A stretch of DNA of 64,000 nt from assembly GCA_030770535.1 (NCBI GenBank), contig JASVEC010000010.1, forward strand, positions 372,001 to 436,000, read 5' to 3'. This DNA comes from Batkoa obscura. Its lineage: Eukaryota. The notes beneath the pieces are model-generated. The model ran no database searches. It was not told the origin of the DNA and saw only the letters and a list, made by a program, of their open reading frames with translations. This document shows positions 39,732 to 51,572 of the stretch, piece by piece. The position numbers were made by a program, and so were the translations under genes. Numbering within the stretch: position 1 is the first letter of the stretch; every line of letters starts with the position of its first letter.

Positions 39732-39956
39732 ATTTAATAAAATTTCTATGGATTCATATAGTGGCTTTAATTGTAATCAATAAATAAAAATATTGTTTTA
39801 TTCTATTTAGTATTAAATTAAATAAGTATGTGTTAGAATGCCGCTGAGTTTATAGAGAAGCTTTAAGTTCTAAAATTAACAATCTGACGATTGTCTTTGA
39901 GTAAAATAGTCACATAGTTTAAGTTTATAGAAAACAAAAGTTTATTTTGGAATCAA

Positions 39957-41057
39957 CTAAATAGTATCCTCTTCCTCTATCTTACTATCGCTCTTTTGTA
40001 CTTCTTTCTTTCCAGCATATTTATCGTTACCTTCTTTTTTTTCAATTTCTTTATCGATAGTTTCTTTCTTTTCTGATTCCTTGTTTCCACGTTCCTTTCC
40101 TATCACTAGAAATTTCTTAAATATACTTTTTGTTTTTCCCCTTTTGATTTTTTCTTCAACTGCTTTCTCAGATTCCTTATCTTTCTCTTCAACATCAGAG
40201 GCTGGGTGTAAAATTCCATTAAGAAGGTGTTCTGGGAATATATGGGTTGATTCTTGTATGTGATCGAATTCTCCAATCAATAGATTATAAGTAGTTTCGT
40301 TCCTCTTCTTGATTCTTCTTAAATAATGACGGGCCATCTCTCCAAAAACTCCTTTTTCCAATCCATCATAATATCCTAAAATCACTCGAAGGTAATTGGA
40401 AAAAGTAGGGTTCTCCTTTAAAAAATCTGAATATTTTAACATTCCTGGCTTTAAGACACTTGCAACAGGAATAAGACCTCTAACCACACCATCTAAAGCA
40501 TAATTCATAGGACCATAAGTTGCAAGATAGATAAGCGAGAGTCTAGCATCAACCATATGGATATGAAATTGACGAATATATTTGAATAGTATGGTTGTTA
40601 CCAATCTACTTTTTACAGGATCAATACCACGGAATGGAAGATCAAAATCTCCTGCTAAGTAAGCTTCAAGTTTTTCTGGTGGGAATTTTTCAACAAACCG
40701 TTTAATAAGTTTACCAGGAGCTAAAGGACGAGGAACGCGATCTTTAAGGTTTAAAAACTTAGATTTTATTTTGCCTTTGTCGCTGGATCCACTTTCCTCG
40801 GTTGTTTGTCCTTCTTTTTCATCGCCAGAATCTAACCTATCGTTAAGAAAATCCTCCTTTTCATCTTCTTTTGGAGCTTTAGAGCTTGGCCTTAAGTAAG
40901 ATAATACCCCAGGAGAATTGTTATTATTCAACCTCATCTCTGAAAGTGTAAGTGCTTGGGAAGACGCTCCATTTCCTGATGGGAGCTTTAAGCTAGCAAT
41001 TGGCTCAGCCAAAATGATGCTTGCTAGTAAACTACAAAGATAGAAACCAGCCTTCAT
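39957..41057 (-). CDS. Secreted helical protein family member 1, intronless
   Basis: ATG at 41057, signal peptide MKAGFYLCSLLASIILA; paralogue of 41845..42906. Confidence 0.85.
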   Translation of the reverse strand: MKAGFYLCSLLASIILAEPIASLKLPSGNGASSQALTLSEMRLNNNNSPGVLSYLRPSSKAPKEDEKEDFLNDRLDSGDEKEGQTTEESGSSDKGKIKSKFLNLKDRVPRPLAPGKLIKRFVEKFPPEKLEAYLAGDFDLPFRGIDPVKSRLVTTILFKYIRQFHIHMVDARLSLIYLATYGPMNYALDGVVRGLIPVASVLKPGMLKYSDFLKENPTFSNYLRVILGYYDGLEKGVFGEMARHYLRRIKKRNETTYNLLIGEFDHIQESTHIFPEHLLNGILHPASDVEEKDKESEKAVEEKIKRGKTKSIFKKFLVIGKERGNKESEKKETIDKEIEKKEGNDKYAGKKEVQKSDSKIEEEDTI

Positions 41058-41844
41058 CTCAAGAATAAAATGCAAAAGCAAATGATATTGAATATACTAA
41101 TTTTAAATGAAATTTTAGATTTTCTTTGATCATCCTAATAATTTTAAAATTGAAGATTGTCTTATTTTAATGATAATTTATTCCTTTAATATTTTTAAAG
41201 TTGTTACAATTAATATTAATTTGTAATTACCATACCATAGCAACTAAGACATTATTATCTTTAAATTGATGTTCTGATTTTTACCACCTGTGAAATATTT
41301 TATAGAGATTGCTATATTTAAAAAAGTATTTAATGCTTAATATATTTATTTCTTTTAGTTGATTTTTTAATGCTAATAAGTCATTCATCTAATTTAAAAT
41401 TTTTCTTGGAATTATTAATATTCCTAAATAATTTTTAATCAAATTAATTTCAAATGTTTACGCCATTATTTTATATCAAAATTATCATGAAACTTACGAT
41501 GTCTTAACTGAAATATGATATATTTATTGTTTAATTATTGACTGTAAAAGACAATAATTTATATGAATAAAAAATAATTATAGATTAATAGTCATGTTCT
41601 AATAATTAGCTAGGATAATTTTTTTAAATATATTTAACATTAAGTTGATGTAAATATATACTGGAATAACTTTTAATATTAATACAACTTCGTTAAATCT
41701 AAACTATAGTTTCAACCACTACATATAAAATGGTAATAGGGTTTAAATACTATAGTCGCATTACTCTACTTGTATAAAATTTCAAATAAGACAGTCAAAG
41801 TCATTTAAACTTATAAGAAGTTATCTTTATTTATAAAATCAACT

Positions 41845-42906
41845 TTAGCTATAACTATTCTCTACTACTTTAGTGCTCTTCTTACCAGATTCTTTATTAT
41901 CAGATTCTTTCTTTCTAGACTCTCTCGCTAAAGATATAAATTGAGAAAATATACTCTTGCCTTTTTGACTTCTACTTTTTTCTTCAACTATTTTCTCGGA
42001 TTCTATATCTTTTTCTTCAGCATCACGATCCGGATGGAAAATTCCTTCAAAAAACTCCTCTGGGAAGAGTTCAACTGCTACTTGTAAGTGGTCGAAGGAT
42101 GCAATCACTGAATTATAAATGGATACATTTCTCTTCTTAATTCTTCTTAAATAATGCCGTCCAATTTCTCCAAAAGTTCCGTTTTCTATTCCATTATGGT
42201 ATTTTAAAGCTACTTTAATATAATTTGTTAAAATAGGGTTCTTTTCAAAAAATCCATCAAGATTCAATTTTCCTGGTTTTACAATAGCTAAAATAGGACT
42301 AATGCCACGAACTACAGAATCCAAAAAAATATTACTAGGTACATAACTTGCAATATAGAAAGGGACGAGTCTACTATTAACAAGATGTATATGAATTTGA
42401 CGAAGATACTTAAAGAGTATTGTTGTGATTAATCTACTTTTTACAGGATCAATACCACGGAACGGAAGATCAAAGTCGCCTCCCAAATAAGCTTCAAGTT
42501 TTTCTGGTGGTAATTTTTCAACAAATAGCTTAATGAGCCCAGCAGGATTTTTTGGAATATGAGGAAAAGGAATTTTATTAAATGGAACACCCTTGGTCTT
42601 TTCTTTATCTTTCCCTTTTTGAACATCTATTAATTCACCTTTTTCGTCATCAAAATCTAGCTTATCACTAAGGTAATCTTCTTCTTTAGATTCTTTGGCT
42701 GCTTTTTCATCATCTTTCTTCTGGTTGTTGGGACTGTTTCTTAAATAAGACAATACCCCAGGAGAATTGTTATTATTCAACCTCATCTCTGAAAGTGTAA
42801 GTGCTTGGGAAGACGCTCCATTTCCTGATGGGAGCTTTAAGCTAGCAATTGGCTCAGCCAAAATGATGCTTGCTAGTAAACTACAAAGATAGAAACCAGC
42901 CTTCAT
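41845..42906 (-). CDS. Secreted helical protein family member 2, intronless
   Basis: ATG at 42906, identical signal peptide; core domain shared with members 1, 3 and 4. Confidence 0.85.
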   Translation of the reverse strand: MKAGFYLCSLLASIILAEPIASLKLPSGNGASSQALTLSEMRLNNNNSPGVLSYLRNSPNNQKKDDEKAAKESKEEDYLSDKLDFDDEKGELIDVQKGKDKEKTKGVPFNKIPFPHIPKNPAGLIKLFVEKLPPEKLEAYLGGDFDLPFRGIDPVKSRLITTILFKYLRQIHIHLVNSRLVPFYIASYVPSNIFLDSVVRGISPILAIVKPGKLNLDGFFEKNPILTNYIKVALKYHNGIENGTFGEIGRHYLRRIKKRNVSIYNSVIASFDHLQVAVELFPEEFFEGIFHPDRDAEEKDIESEKIVEEKSRSQKGKSIFSQFISLARESRKKESDNKESGKKSTKVVENSYS

Positions 42907-43689
42907 CTCAAGAATAAAATGCAAAAGCAAATGATATTGAATATACTAATTTTAAATGAAATTTTAGATTTTCTTTGATCATCCTAATAATTTTAAAATT
43001 GAAGATTGTCTTATTTTAATGATAATTTATTCCTTTAATATTTTTAAAGTTGTTACAATTAATATTAATTTGTAATTACTATGGCATTTTAATTTGGTAT
43101 CTAAAGTGAGCTTAATGATCTTTCTTTTACCTCATTGAAAGTCTTAGCCAAATAAACAGCTTCAAATAGCTAAAATGAATGGAATTTACTTGGAGTAGTA
43201 GTAGTAATTAAAATGCGAATAGATTCTTATATAGTAAAAGTAACAAACCGTATAGAAGGATAGAGTCACAATAAGTTAAAATATCACAAGAATTTTACTT
43301 TTTTGTCCATAAGTAAAACTTTTGGGAGCCTCTGGCTCTATCAAGGCTTTAGAAATAAAAGCACATTTTATAATAAAAATTATACTAGTTGCCTTTTAGA
43401 AATAAAGAATATTCTTACATACTACCAAATTATTTGCCAGTATATTGATCTTTTTATATCATAGAAGAATACAATATATAGTAATTTGCTAACTCTACGC
43501 TCTTATAGTTAAGTTTTAATACACAATAATCTGTTATTGAAAATATTTTATTTTTTCACATTAACATTATAATTAGATTAAACTTAAAAAAATAAACCTT
43601 AATAAATAATCTAAATTATCATCAATCCTTTTTTATTAGTTACATTCTATAGTTTGTAAATCCAATTATTTACACTATTTCTGCTTATT

Positions 43690-44352
43690 TTAATATTCTA
43701 GAAACCTTTGATAGTATTCCTCTGGATAAAGACCGATTTCACGGGCGGATCCAACAGAATCTTTGATTTGCTTGGCAACAGTTGGTTGCCTCTTTCTAAT
43801 CTTTGCAAAAATATCAGCTTTTATATCCTCTACTGGACCAGACTTGAGTTCCTTTATGAACTCAAGATTAGTTTGAAAGTAAGAAAGCTTATCTGGGTTT
43901 TTCTTAAAGTGGGCAATAGTAAGCTCTGAGAATTTTGGGATTCTATCGGGTTCTTTAGCTAAGGAATCAGCAATACTAAGTGCAAATGAATCAATAAACT
44001 CTTTATTTTTTTCATAAAAAGGCGGGATCTTTTCATTGCAGAATCCAATGATAAGTTTATGGATACTCGAAACAGCTTTTTGAACAAATCTTTCCTTAGA
44101 CTCCTCTGTAATTCCTGGAATCTTTCCATCAATCTTTTTTTCCAACAATAACTTTTTATAGCTTTCTGGAGAAATATGACTCTTGATATCAAATTTGTAG
44201 CCTGAATCTCGAGGCTTTTCAGGCTTTTTGGTCTCTTCGCTTGCGTTGTTTTTAACAGAGGGTCCGTTGGTAGTTAAACCAAAACTATCCTGAGATGGCA
44301 CGGCCATCACAGCGCTTAAGGCAACAGTAGCAAATAATAAGTTGAATTTCAT
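43690..44352 (-). CDS. Secreted helical protein family member 3, intronless
   Basis: Signal peptide MKFNLLFATVALSAVMA; TATA-like element near 44448-44460; paralogue of 49726..50397. Confidence 0.87.
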   Translation of the reverse strand: MKFNLLFATVALSAVMAVPSQDSFGLTTNGPSVKNNASEETKKPEKPRDSGYKFDIKSHISPESYKKLLLEKKIDGKIPGITEESKERFVQKAVSSIHKLIIGFCNEKIPPFYEKNKEFIDSFALSIADSLAKEPDRIPKFSELTIAHFKKNPDKLSYFQTNLEFIKELKSGPVEDIKADIFAKIRKRQPTVAKQIKDSVGSAREIGLYPEEYYQRFLEY

Positions 44353-44590
44353 AGTTAATAAAATTAAAATTCACACTAAAGTTATATAGCGGCTGCTGGT
44401 TATTTATTAGAATAGATAATATAGCCTTAAGTCAAGACCAAGTAACGTATTTATATATACTATAGCCCTAATCATAATTAAAAATCTAATTAGTTTGATA
44501 CTCATTCTAAAACTTTACGGGTCAATCATGCTAAATTTAAAAAAGTATGATAGTTTTGGGTTACAGTTAGTTCATCTCAAATCAGAATAT

Positions 44591-44687
44591 GGGACTGTGT
44601 TTTTGTATTCAAGAATTTTACCAACAATTTTTCCACTCAAATAGCGCTTAAAAGATGAAAAAAATGCTGAAGCTAAAAAACATCCCT
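44591..44687. mobile_element. ~97-bp MITE copy
   Basis: Family core, ATAT/ATAT duplication. Confidence 0.87.
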
Positions 44688-45232
44688 ATATACTTTATCA
44701 AAAAAAATCACACGTTTTTAGGAAAAATCTGATACATTTAATAAAATTTAATTTAGTAGTTGGGATTGTCTGAGTTAGTTTCATTATTTTATCTCATTTT
44801 TAAATATTTTGTATTAAAAACTTCGTTTAAAGTTCTATAAATCAAATTTTTTATTAAAACAAAAGCACCTTGACACAGTTCTAAATTGTTTTATTATAGT
44901 CTATACTGTAAGTTAGTTGAAGTTCTACTAAATCTTAAATACATATTCTTATAAAACTTTATTGAGAAACATTCAACATCGACTGCTTTATAGCCAACAT
45001 TGTAGATTTGTTATCAAATAAATAAACTATTTTAATGTTATAATTACATTATTAATATATTCCTAAGTTAATAAATAGCTGCATGGAAGGGAGTGGTTAG
45101 CCCCAAAACCATAATTAACTATCTCTATATAATACAAGTAATATAATAATAGTTTTTACATATTATTACAATTGCTTGTTCTTTGACTATTTATTAACTT
45201 AGCTATTAATAACTTAAGTAATATTAACATTT

Positions 45233-45329
45233 GGGGATGTTTTTTTTGGTTTCATTACTTTTCCACTTTTTAAGCCCTGTTTGAGCGGAAAGATTGTTAG
45301 TAAAGTTCTTAAACAAAAAAATACATCCC
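45233..45329. mobile_element. ~97-bp MITE copy inside the Sola2-like element
   Basis: GGGGATG...CATCCC, ATTT/ATTT duplication. Confidence 0.9.
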
Positions 45330-45474
45330 ATTTAATAATCTATTTCTATCATTCAACAAACTACTTGCTTAGTAAATATCGAAAATTTTAAATTCTCTGT
45401 TATTTTCATAAGGTAAGCTGGGATTGATCTTTTAATTTTTCTATTTTCTACAGACTCTATAACTCTAATTGGAA

Positions 45475-46986
45475 TTATATCGCTTTTTTTTTATGTATCA
45501 GATACTGGATAACAATGTAGTTTATTGTTATGTTTAATAAAATGTAAATATTCTTAATGCCTTGTATCTCTATTATTCTTTTTGTATTTTTGTTTGTTTC
45601 ATACTTTTTTAAAACTATATCTGTTTTCCCATTACTAATAGTCGAATTATTAATTTTATTATGTTTACAAATAAAAGCCTCAAATCTTGAAATTAATTGA
45701 TTGATATCTTCTATTTTATCTAACGCTTCAAAAGTACTTTTCCATTTTGAAAGGTTTCCGAAATGTCCATTAACTATACTTTTTCCATGATGCTCAACAA
45801 AAAAATTAACATCAATATTTGAACTACCATTTATTTTAGAAACTTGTTTAAATATATAATGTAGGAACTCTTGGGATTTAAAATGATTTCCTGTGTCTGC
45901 CCATATATTAATTTTTGTAAACTTTTTAAATAAAAGCTCTGTAGAGATTAAATCGATTAAACAATCTCCTGCATATGCTGAATCATGATTCAATATTTCA
46001 GATAAATAATCAAAGTAAATTTTGCCCATTGTTTTATGATCTTTTAAATATAATACACCAAAACCTAATACTGATATAGCTTGTTTATTATAATGATCTA
46101 GATTTATTGAAGCTGGTCTTGTTCCTATTTCCATATTTTGTTTAAAGTCTAAAATTATTATACAACTTTTATTATTTAATTTTTTAATAGTTTCATTAAA
46201 TGCGTTTTTTTGAGTATCAACACAGAATTTATATAATTTATATAGTTTTCTTCTTCATTGAAAATTTCTTTTATCTCTACTTTGTTTTTTATTGCTGTAT
46301 TTATTTTATTTCCGAATAACTTTTTTCTAACTGTATACTGGGCACATGTATTAGATAAATCTGCTTTTCTTACTGCATTTTTAAAATTACTTGGTATATA
46401 TTTAAAAGATGTTGACCTAGCTACTGATTTATCTTTTAAATCATTAAAATATTTACTATATGTCATTCTTCTACTTTTATTTAATATACATATATTGCCT
46501 GATGAATATTCACTATCATTATTTTTTTATTAAATGGGGATGTATTTTTGTGTTTAAGAGTTTTACTAACAAATTTTCCGCTTAAATAGTGCTTAAAAAA
46601 TGGAAGAAATAATGAAGTCAAAAAAAACACTCCCAAATCTTGATGAAATAGTTGAATCATTTAGTAAATATTGTATAATAGTTTCAATTTGCTCATCTAA
46701 TTTTTTTTGTATTTCTAATATTAGGTTGCAATGTTGATATTTTATTATTATTATTACTTGCTTTTGAATAATCATATTGATTTCTATTTATATTAAATCC
46801 AAAAGTTTTACATTCATCAAAAGAATATACTGAAGCTATAGTTGATAATAACGCTACTTGTTGATTTTTATTCCCTGTTTCCCTCAAAGCACTAATTTTA
46901 TACATTGCTTGATCAAGTTTATTATTATCGATAATAAGCTTTGATAATATATCTTTTCTTTGTTTCGTTTAATTATAGAATTCCAT
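45475..46986 (-). pseudogene. Sola2-like DDD transposase pseudogene
   Basis: Catalytic-type motifs IILDFKQN, IWADTGNHFKS, FFVEHHGKSIVNGHFG (third Asp reads Asn); stops, frameshifts and a MITE insertion. Confidence 0.75.
46536..46634. mobile_element. ~97-bp MITE inserted in the transposase coding sequence
   Basis: GGGGATG...CACTCCC, AAAT/AAAT duplication. Confidence 0.92.
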
Positions 46987-47185
46987 GAACCCTGGGTTGT
47001 TATAAGTAGCTCTTAAAATTGATGTAAATGAATTACAATGTTTGTATTGTGTATCCCTCCTTATTGTATTGAAATTTTCAAAAATTCCATTTCGAAGATT
47101 ATGAAAGTTTTTGTTTTATTTTTATTTCAACAAAAAATAAAGTCAAATAACTCTATTTGTATAATTATATAGTTATATATTATAT

Positions 47186-47284
47186 GGGGATGTTCCTTTT
47201 GGTTTCATCACTTTTTCCATCTTTTAAGCACCATTTAAGCGGAAAGGTTGTTAGGAAAATTCTTAAATATAAAAATACATCCCC
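47186..47284. mobile_element. ~97-bp MITE copy
   Basis: GGGGATG...CATCCCC, ATAT/ATAT duplication. Confidence 0.9.
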
Positions 47285-48008
47285 ATATATATTTATTTAT
47301 TTATAATTTGATTAATAATAATGAAAAAACAAAACTTATATAATTAAAGTCTTTCTTTATCTAGCATTAAGTTTTCTAATAAACATTATTCAAAGTTAGG
47401 TGGGTAAAAAACATAATTTCTTTTAGCATTAAACTAACATCAAAATCATCTATATATCTGAAAAAGTTATTTTTTTAACCTTTTAACTTTCAACAATATT
47501 TATCCAAAAAGTTTACATTGAGTTCTTTACAAATAAAAACTTAACTATAAGTTATTATTATTATTAAATACAAATATTTAAAAAGTTAAGTTTATTTAAA
47601 TAACCATAATAAGCATTATAAATTCCTAGAAAAAATATTTTTTAAAATTAATATTAATGTTAAAGTTAAAATTAGAATTAAAGTTAAATAAGGAAGCTTT
47701 AAATTAAAGTTAATATAGAAGCTTTTTAAAAATTAAAATAGTGTGGAACATGGTACTCAGTGGTTGGAATCAAAAGCAGTTCTTGTTTGATTGACTAGCT
47801 GTAGGTTGAAAGGTCTTACTTTATGTGACTAAGGTAGACTTCGATTATGGAGAATAGCATGTAATAGGCTACAGACTATGTAAAACAAATAGAATAGACA
47901 ATACCAATGTAAAATCTACGTAAAATACTATTAAGAAAATTTAGTGGCTTTATTAAATGTATGAGATATTAGAGAATAATTCAGTTAAAAAGTCTTGAGC
48001 TACTATAT

Positions 48009-48106
48009 GGGGATAGATTTTTGTGTTTAAGAATTTTACTAACAACTTTTCCGCTCAAATAGTGCTTAAAAGATGGAAAAAGTAATGAAGCTAAAAAAAC
48101 ACCCCC
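48009..48106. mobile_element. ~97-bp MITE copy
   Basis: GGGGAT...CACCCCC, ATAT/ATAT duplication. Confidence 0.9.
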
Positions 48107-48582
48107 ATATTCTAAAATCTCTTTTATACTCCTAATAAGTATGGATAGCAAAACGAGGGGATAATATTGTCTGGAATGAAATTACAAATCCTCATAGTAA
48201 ATCAAAATAAGAGCATGGGATTGATTGTCTCCGAACTCGAGAACACAACAATTTAAGTGGTTATTGTGTTATAATCAATCGTGGAGGTGGTAAAACGATG
48301 TTTCACAATATTAAATAACTCTTTTTAATATCATGTATGTTTATTTGATGAGTTTTTATAAAACTTTTTTTTAGGTTTTCAGATTTTTATAATTAGTATA
48401 AAGCAGTAAACTTTAGGCATAAATTTCATAAAATGTAGAAAACAATAATTTTTATAATTGTTCAATTGATTTTTTTAAGTATTATTTAAAAATCAATAGT
48501 TTATATTAGTATTTATAATACTAAACTAAGGAATTATTTATAAATAAATATAATTTAATATGACATTATTTTATTTACTATT

Positions 48583-48681
48583 GGGAGTGTTTTTTTTGAT
48601 TTCATTATTTTTTCCATTTTTAAAGCACTATTTGAGTGGAAAGATTGTTGGTAAAATTCTTAAACACAAAAAAACACCCCC
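48583..48681. mobile_element. ~97-bp MITE copy
   Basis: GGGAGTG...CACCCCC; duplication imperfect. Confidence 0.85.
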
Positions 48682-48890
48682 ATTATTGCTAATGTTTTCT
48701 TAAATATTAAAGGTACCTTGAAATAAGAAATATCAATTATATAACAATATTTGTTTTTGTTTAAACTCACTAAGATTTTTTTTTACTTAGTAGCATTAAA
48801 AAAATAAAAAAGTGATCAAACTAAAAAAACTTTTATACGATTTTTATATTTTGAATTTAATAATATAAAAATAAATTATTAACAAAGCTA

Positions 48891-48922
48891 TAATAAATAA
48901 ATAAATAAATAAATAAATAAAT
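48891..48922. repeat. (AAAT)n microsatellite
   Basis: About 7 tandem AAAT units. Confidence 0.85.
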
Positions 48923-49725
48923 AGTTTAAAGTTAATTTATAAATTATGTTTTATTGAAATATAGAAAAAATCATTAAGTTTTAGTATAATTTTATTTAAA
49001 TTTTAAACTTTATTTTTAATTTTCATTTGAAACTAGTTGTAATAATAGCTAACAATTTATATTTCTTATATCTACATGTTATCTAAAAACTTATTAGCTT
49101 TTTAAGCAAATATATAAAAAATACATGATAATTTTAATTTGATATTATAACTATTAAAGTTTAATTGTATAATCATATAGAAAAATTCCGCAATTATTAT
49201 AAATTAATGGTTTTAAAGTTTTTATACAGGTTTTAATAAATATAGCAGTTATATTTATTTTATTAATACATATTCTGGCGAAAAAATTATTGATAGTTGA
49301 GAATATATTTTTAGATTTAAGTCCTGACAATTAATAAATTAGGTTATAGTTAAGCATTTTTTTCTAAAATTTGTTTTATATGATTCTGGGTTAAAATAGC
49401 CACCCCCTACTAAAATCTACATAAAAATCCCAGCATAAAGCTAATAACTTATAGTATCAAATTTATAAACTGACAATATAAGCCATCTTTTATCGCATAT
49501 TAATAAAAAGTTTCAAATCTTCACTTATTTTTAGCTTTGATTTAAATAAATGATTTACTATAAATCCAATCTCAACAACTATATACAAGGGTATAGCAAT
49601 AGTCCGCAAAAGCGGTAAATAGCTATATAGAGATTAAAACGTTAAAGTATCATCTGAATATTTTCTTAATATTATTTCAAAATTTATAAGGTTTTCTTTA
49701 AGATTTATTAAACAATATATTCATT

Positions 49726-50397
49726 TTAGTAGCTTACAAATCTTTGGTAGTATTCTTCTGGGAAAAGTTCGACTTCGTGAATGGCTTTAGCAGAATCTTT
49801 AATTTGCTGATCGACACTTGGTTGTCTCTCTTTAATCTTAGCAAAGATACCGGCTTCTATTTCAGCTAATGGGCCAACAAAAATTTCTTTAAGGAATTCA
49901 AAGTTGGTTTTAAGGTAAGAAAGACCATCTGGGTTTTTCTTTAAGTGAGCAACAGCAAGCTCGGTGAGTTTTGGAATTCTTTCAGGTCTCTTAGCTAAGA
50001 AATCAGCAACATCACCTACTAATTCATCAATAAAGTCCTTATTTTCTGCGTAAACAGGTGGGATCTTTTCGTTACAGAATCCAACGATAACTCCACGGAT
50101 ACTAGAAACAACCTGTTCAACAAGACTATCTTTAAGTTCATCGGTAAGGCCTGGGATCTTTGCGTCTAATTTTAAATCCAACAACAATTTTCTATAATTT
50201 GCTGGGGAAGCATAAGATTTGAGATCAATCTTAGCACCTACACCTCCAGACTTCTTTGGTTTTGGAGCGGCTTCTTTTTTAGCAGGGGCTCCGTTGGTCA
50301 TTAAAGCTAAACTGTCTTGAGATGGTTTGTTCATTTGAGATGGCACGGCCATCACAGCGCTCAAGGCAACAGTAGCAAGTAATAAATTGAATTTCAT
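49726..50397 (-). CDS. Secreted helical protein family member 4, intronless
   Basis: Signal peptide MKFNLLLATVALSAVMA; clear paralogue of 43690..44352. Confidence 0.87.
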   Translation of the reverse strand: MKFNLLLATVALSAVMAVPSQMNKPSQDSLALMTNGAPAKKEAAPKPKKSGGVGAKIDLKSYASPANYRKLLLDLKLDAKIPGLTDELKDSLVEQVVSSIRGVIVGFCNEKIPPVYAENKDFIDELVGDVADFLAKRPERIPKLTELAVAHLKKNPDGLSYLKTNFEFLKEIFVGPLAEIEAGIFAKIKERQPSVDQQIKDSAKAIHEVELFPEEYYQRFVSY

Positions 50398-51572
50398 AGT
50401 TAATAAATATTAAGGTTCACAATAAATCTATACAGCGCTGCTGTTCGTTTATTAGAATAGAAAAGATAATATAACTTTAATGCTAAATGAAGGTCTTTTA
50501 TATATTGCTTATACTCCCATTTCCAATTGTAGTTTTTTTTGGTTTGATGCACATTTTTAAAATTTTACTGTAGATCACACTGATCTTTATTAGTGATTGC
50601 TTTTAAATTTTCTGTAGCTTTTATTGAATTTGATGAACTAATAGCTTAATTTGAAGGAGATAGTTGTTATTTGATCAGCTAATTAAATAGAATTATCAGT
50701 TATGTTTCAAATGTTAATTAAATTTCCAAATTTAGTATTGGTTTTAAAATAATAATAAAAAAGATTGAAATATTGAATTTAAAATAAATTGCAAATCTTA
50801 TTGTGAAGTTTATTGATAAAAAACGAATATAATAGATAAATATTTGATCAAGTGTATCTCATTTTTTACTTTTTTAAAAACACTTATACATGTCTGTTAT
50901 TTATTTAAGTCATTTTTAAACATTTGACTATTTTATTTCATTCAATATATTTTGGCAACCAATTATATTATTTTAGCATACAAGAGTTTGGGAATCGATT
51001 GGAGGATCTTCATAGAATGAACTTTTCTCACTAAAGTTGATTAAATTACAATATTAACATCAAAATAAATCTATTTTTAAATATGAGTTTCATTTAAGAA
51101 TCTATTAATATATATGACTGTCATGTCATGGCACATTAACAACATAATAACTAAAGTTAAATAAAACATATAGATGTTATATACTTTAATTGGAAAACTT
51201 ATTTATATTTATTCTTAAGCTTGATTGTCAAAAAATTGTTTCAAATCCATTAATGACGATGTTTTCAAATTCATTTAATAGACATTTTAAATTTTGTTAG
51301 TTTAAGTATGATCTTATCAAGTGAGTGGTAGGCTCTCTTCTTTTCTATTTAATATTTTAGATATAAAGGGTATCTTGTATTCAATAATACCTAAAAACAG
51401 TGTTAAAATCCAACATTAAGCAAATTGACAATAAAACAATAATTGAACAAATTGGATGTATCAGAATTTATTAATTAAAATTAAAATACTCTAAGTAAAT
51501 TTACAAATGGAACATTAAATAGTTAAAACTTAGTGAAATCAAGGGTAAGTATATAGCCGGCTACAACACCCT

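Larger units (their letters stand above)
44761..47111 (-). mobile_element. Decayed Sola2-like DNA transposon, related to the 618-bp MITE; right TIR not found
   Basis: 44761-45067 matches the left part of the 618-bp element without the nested MITE; 47062-47111 matches its right part; transposase remnant lies between. Confidence 0.75.

Noticed and set aside
41058..41081. TTG-initiated N-terminal extensions of the ORFs ending at 41081 and 42930
   Set aside because: Artefact of the ORF caller's start codons; the downstream ATG gives a clean signal peptide
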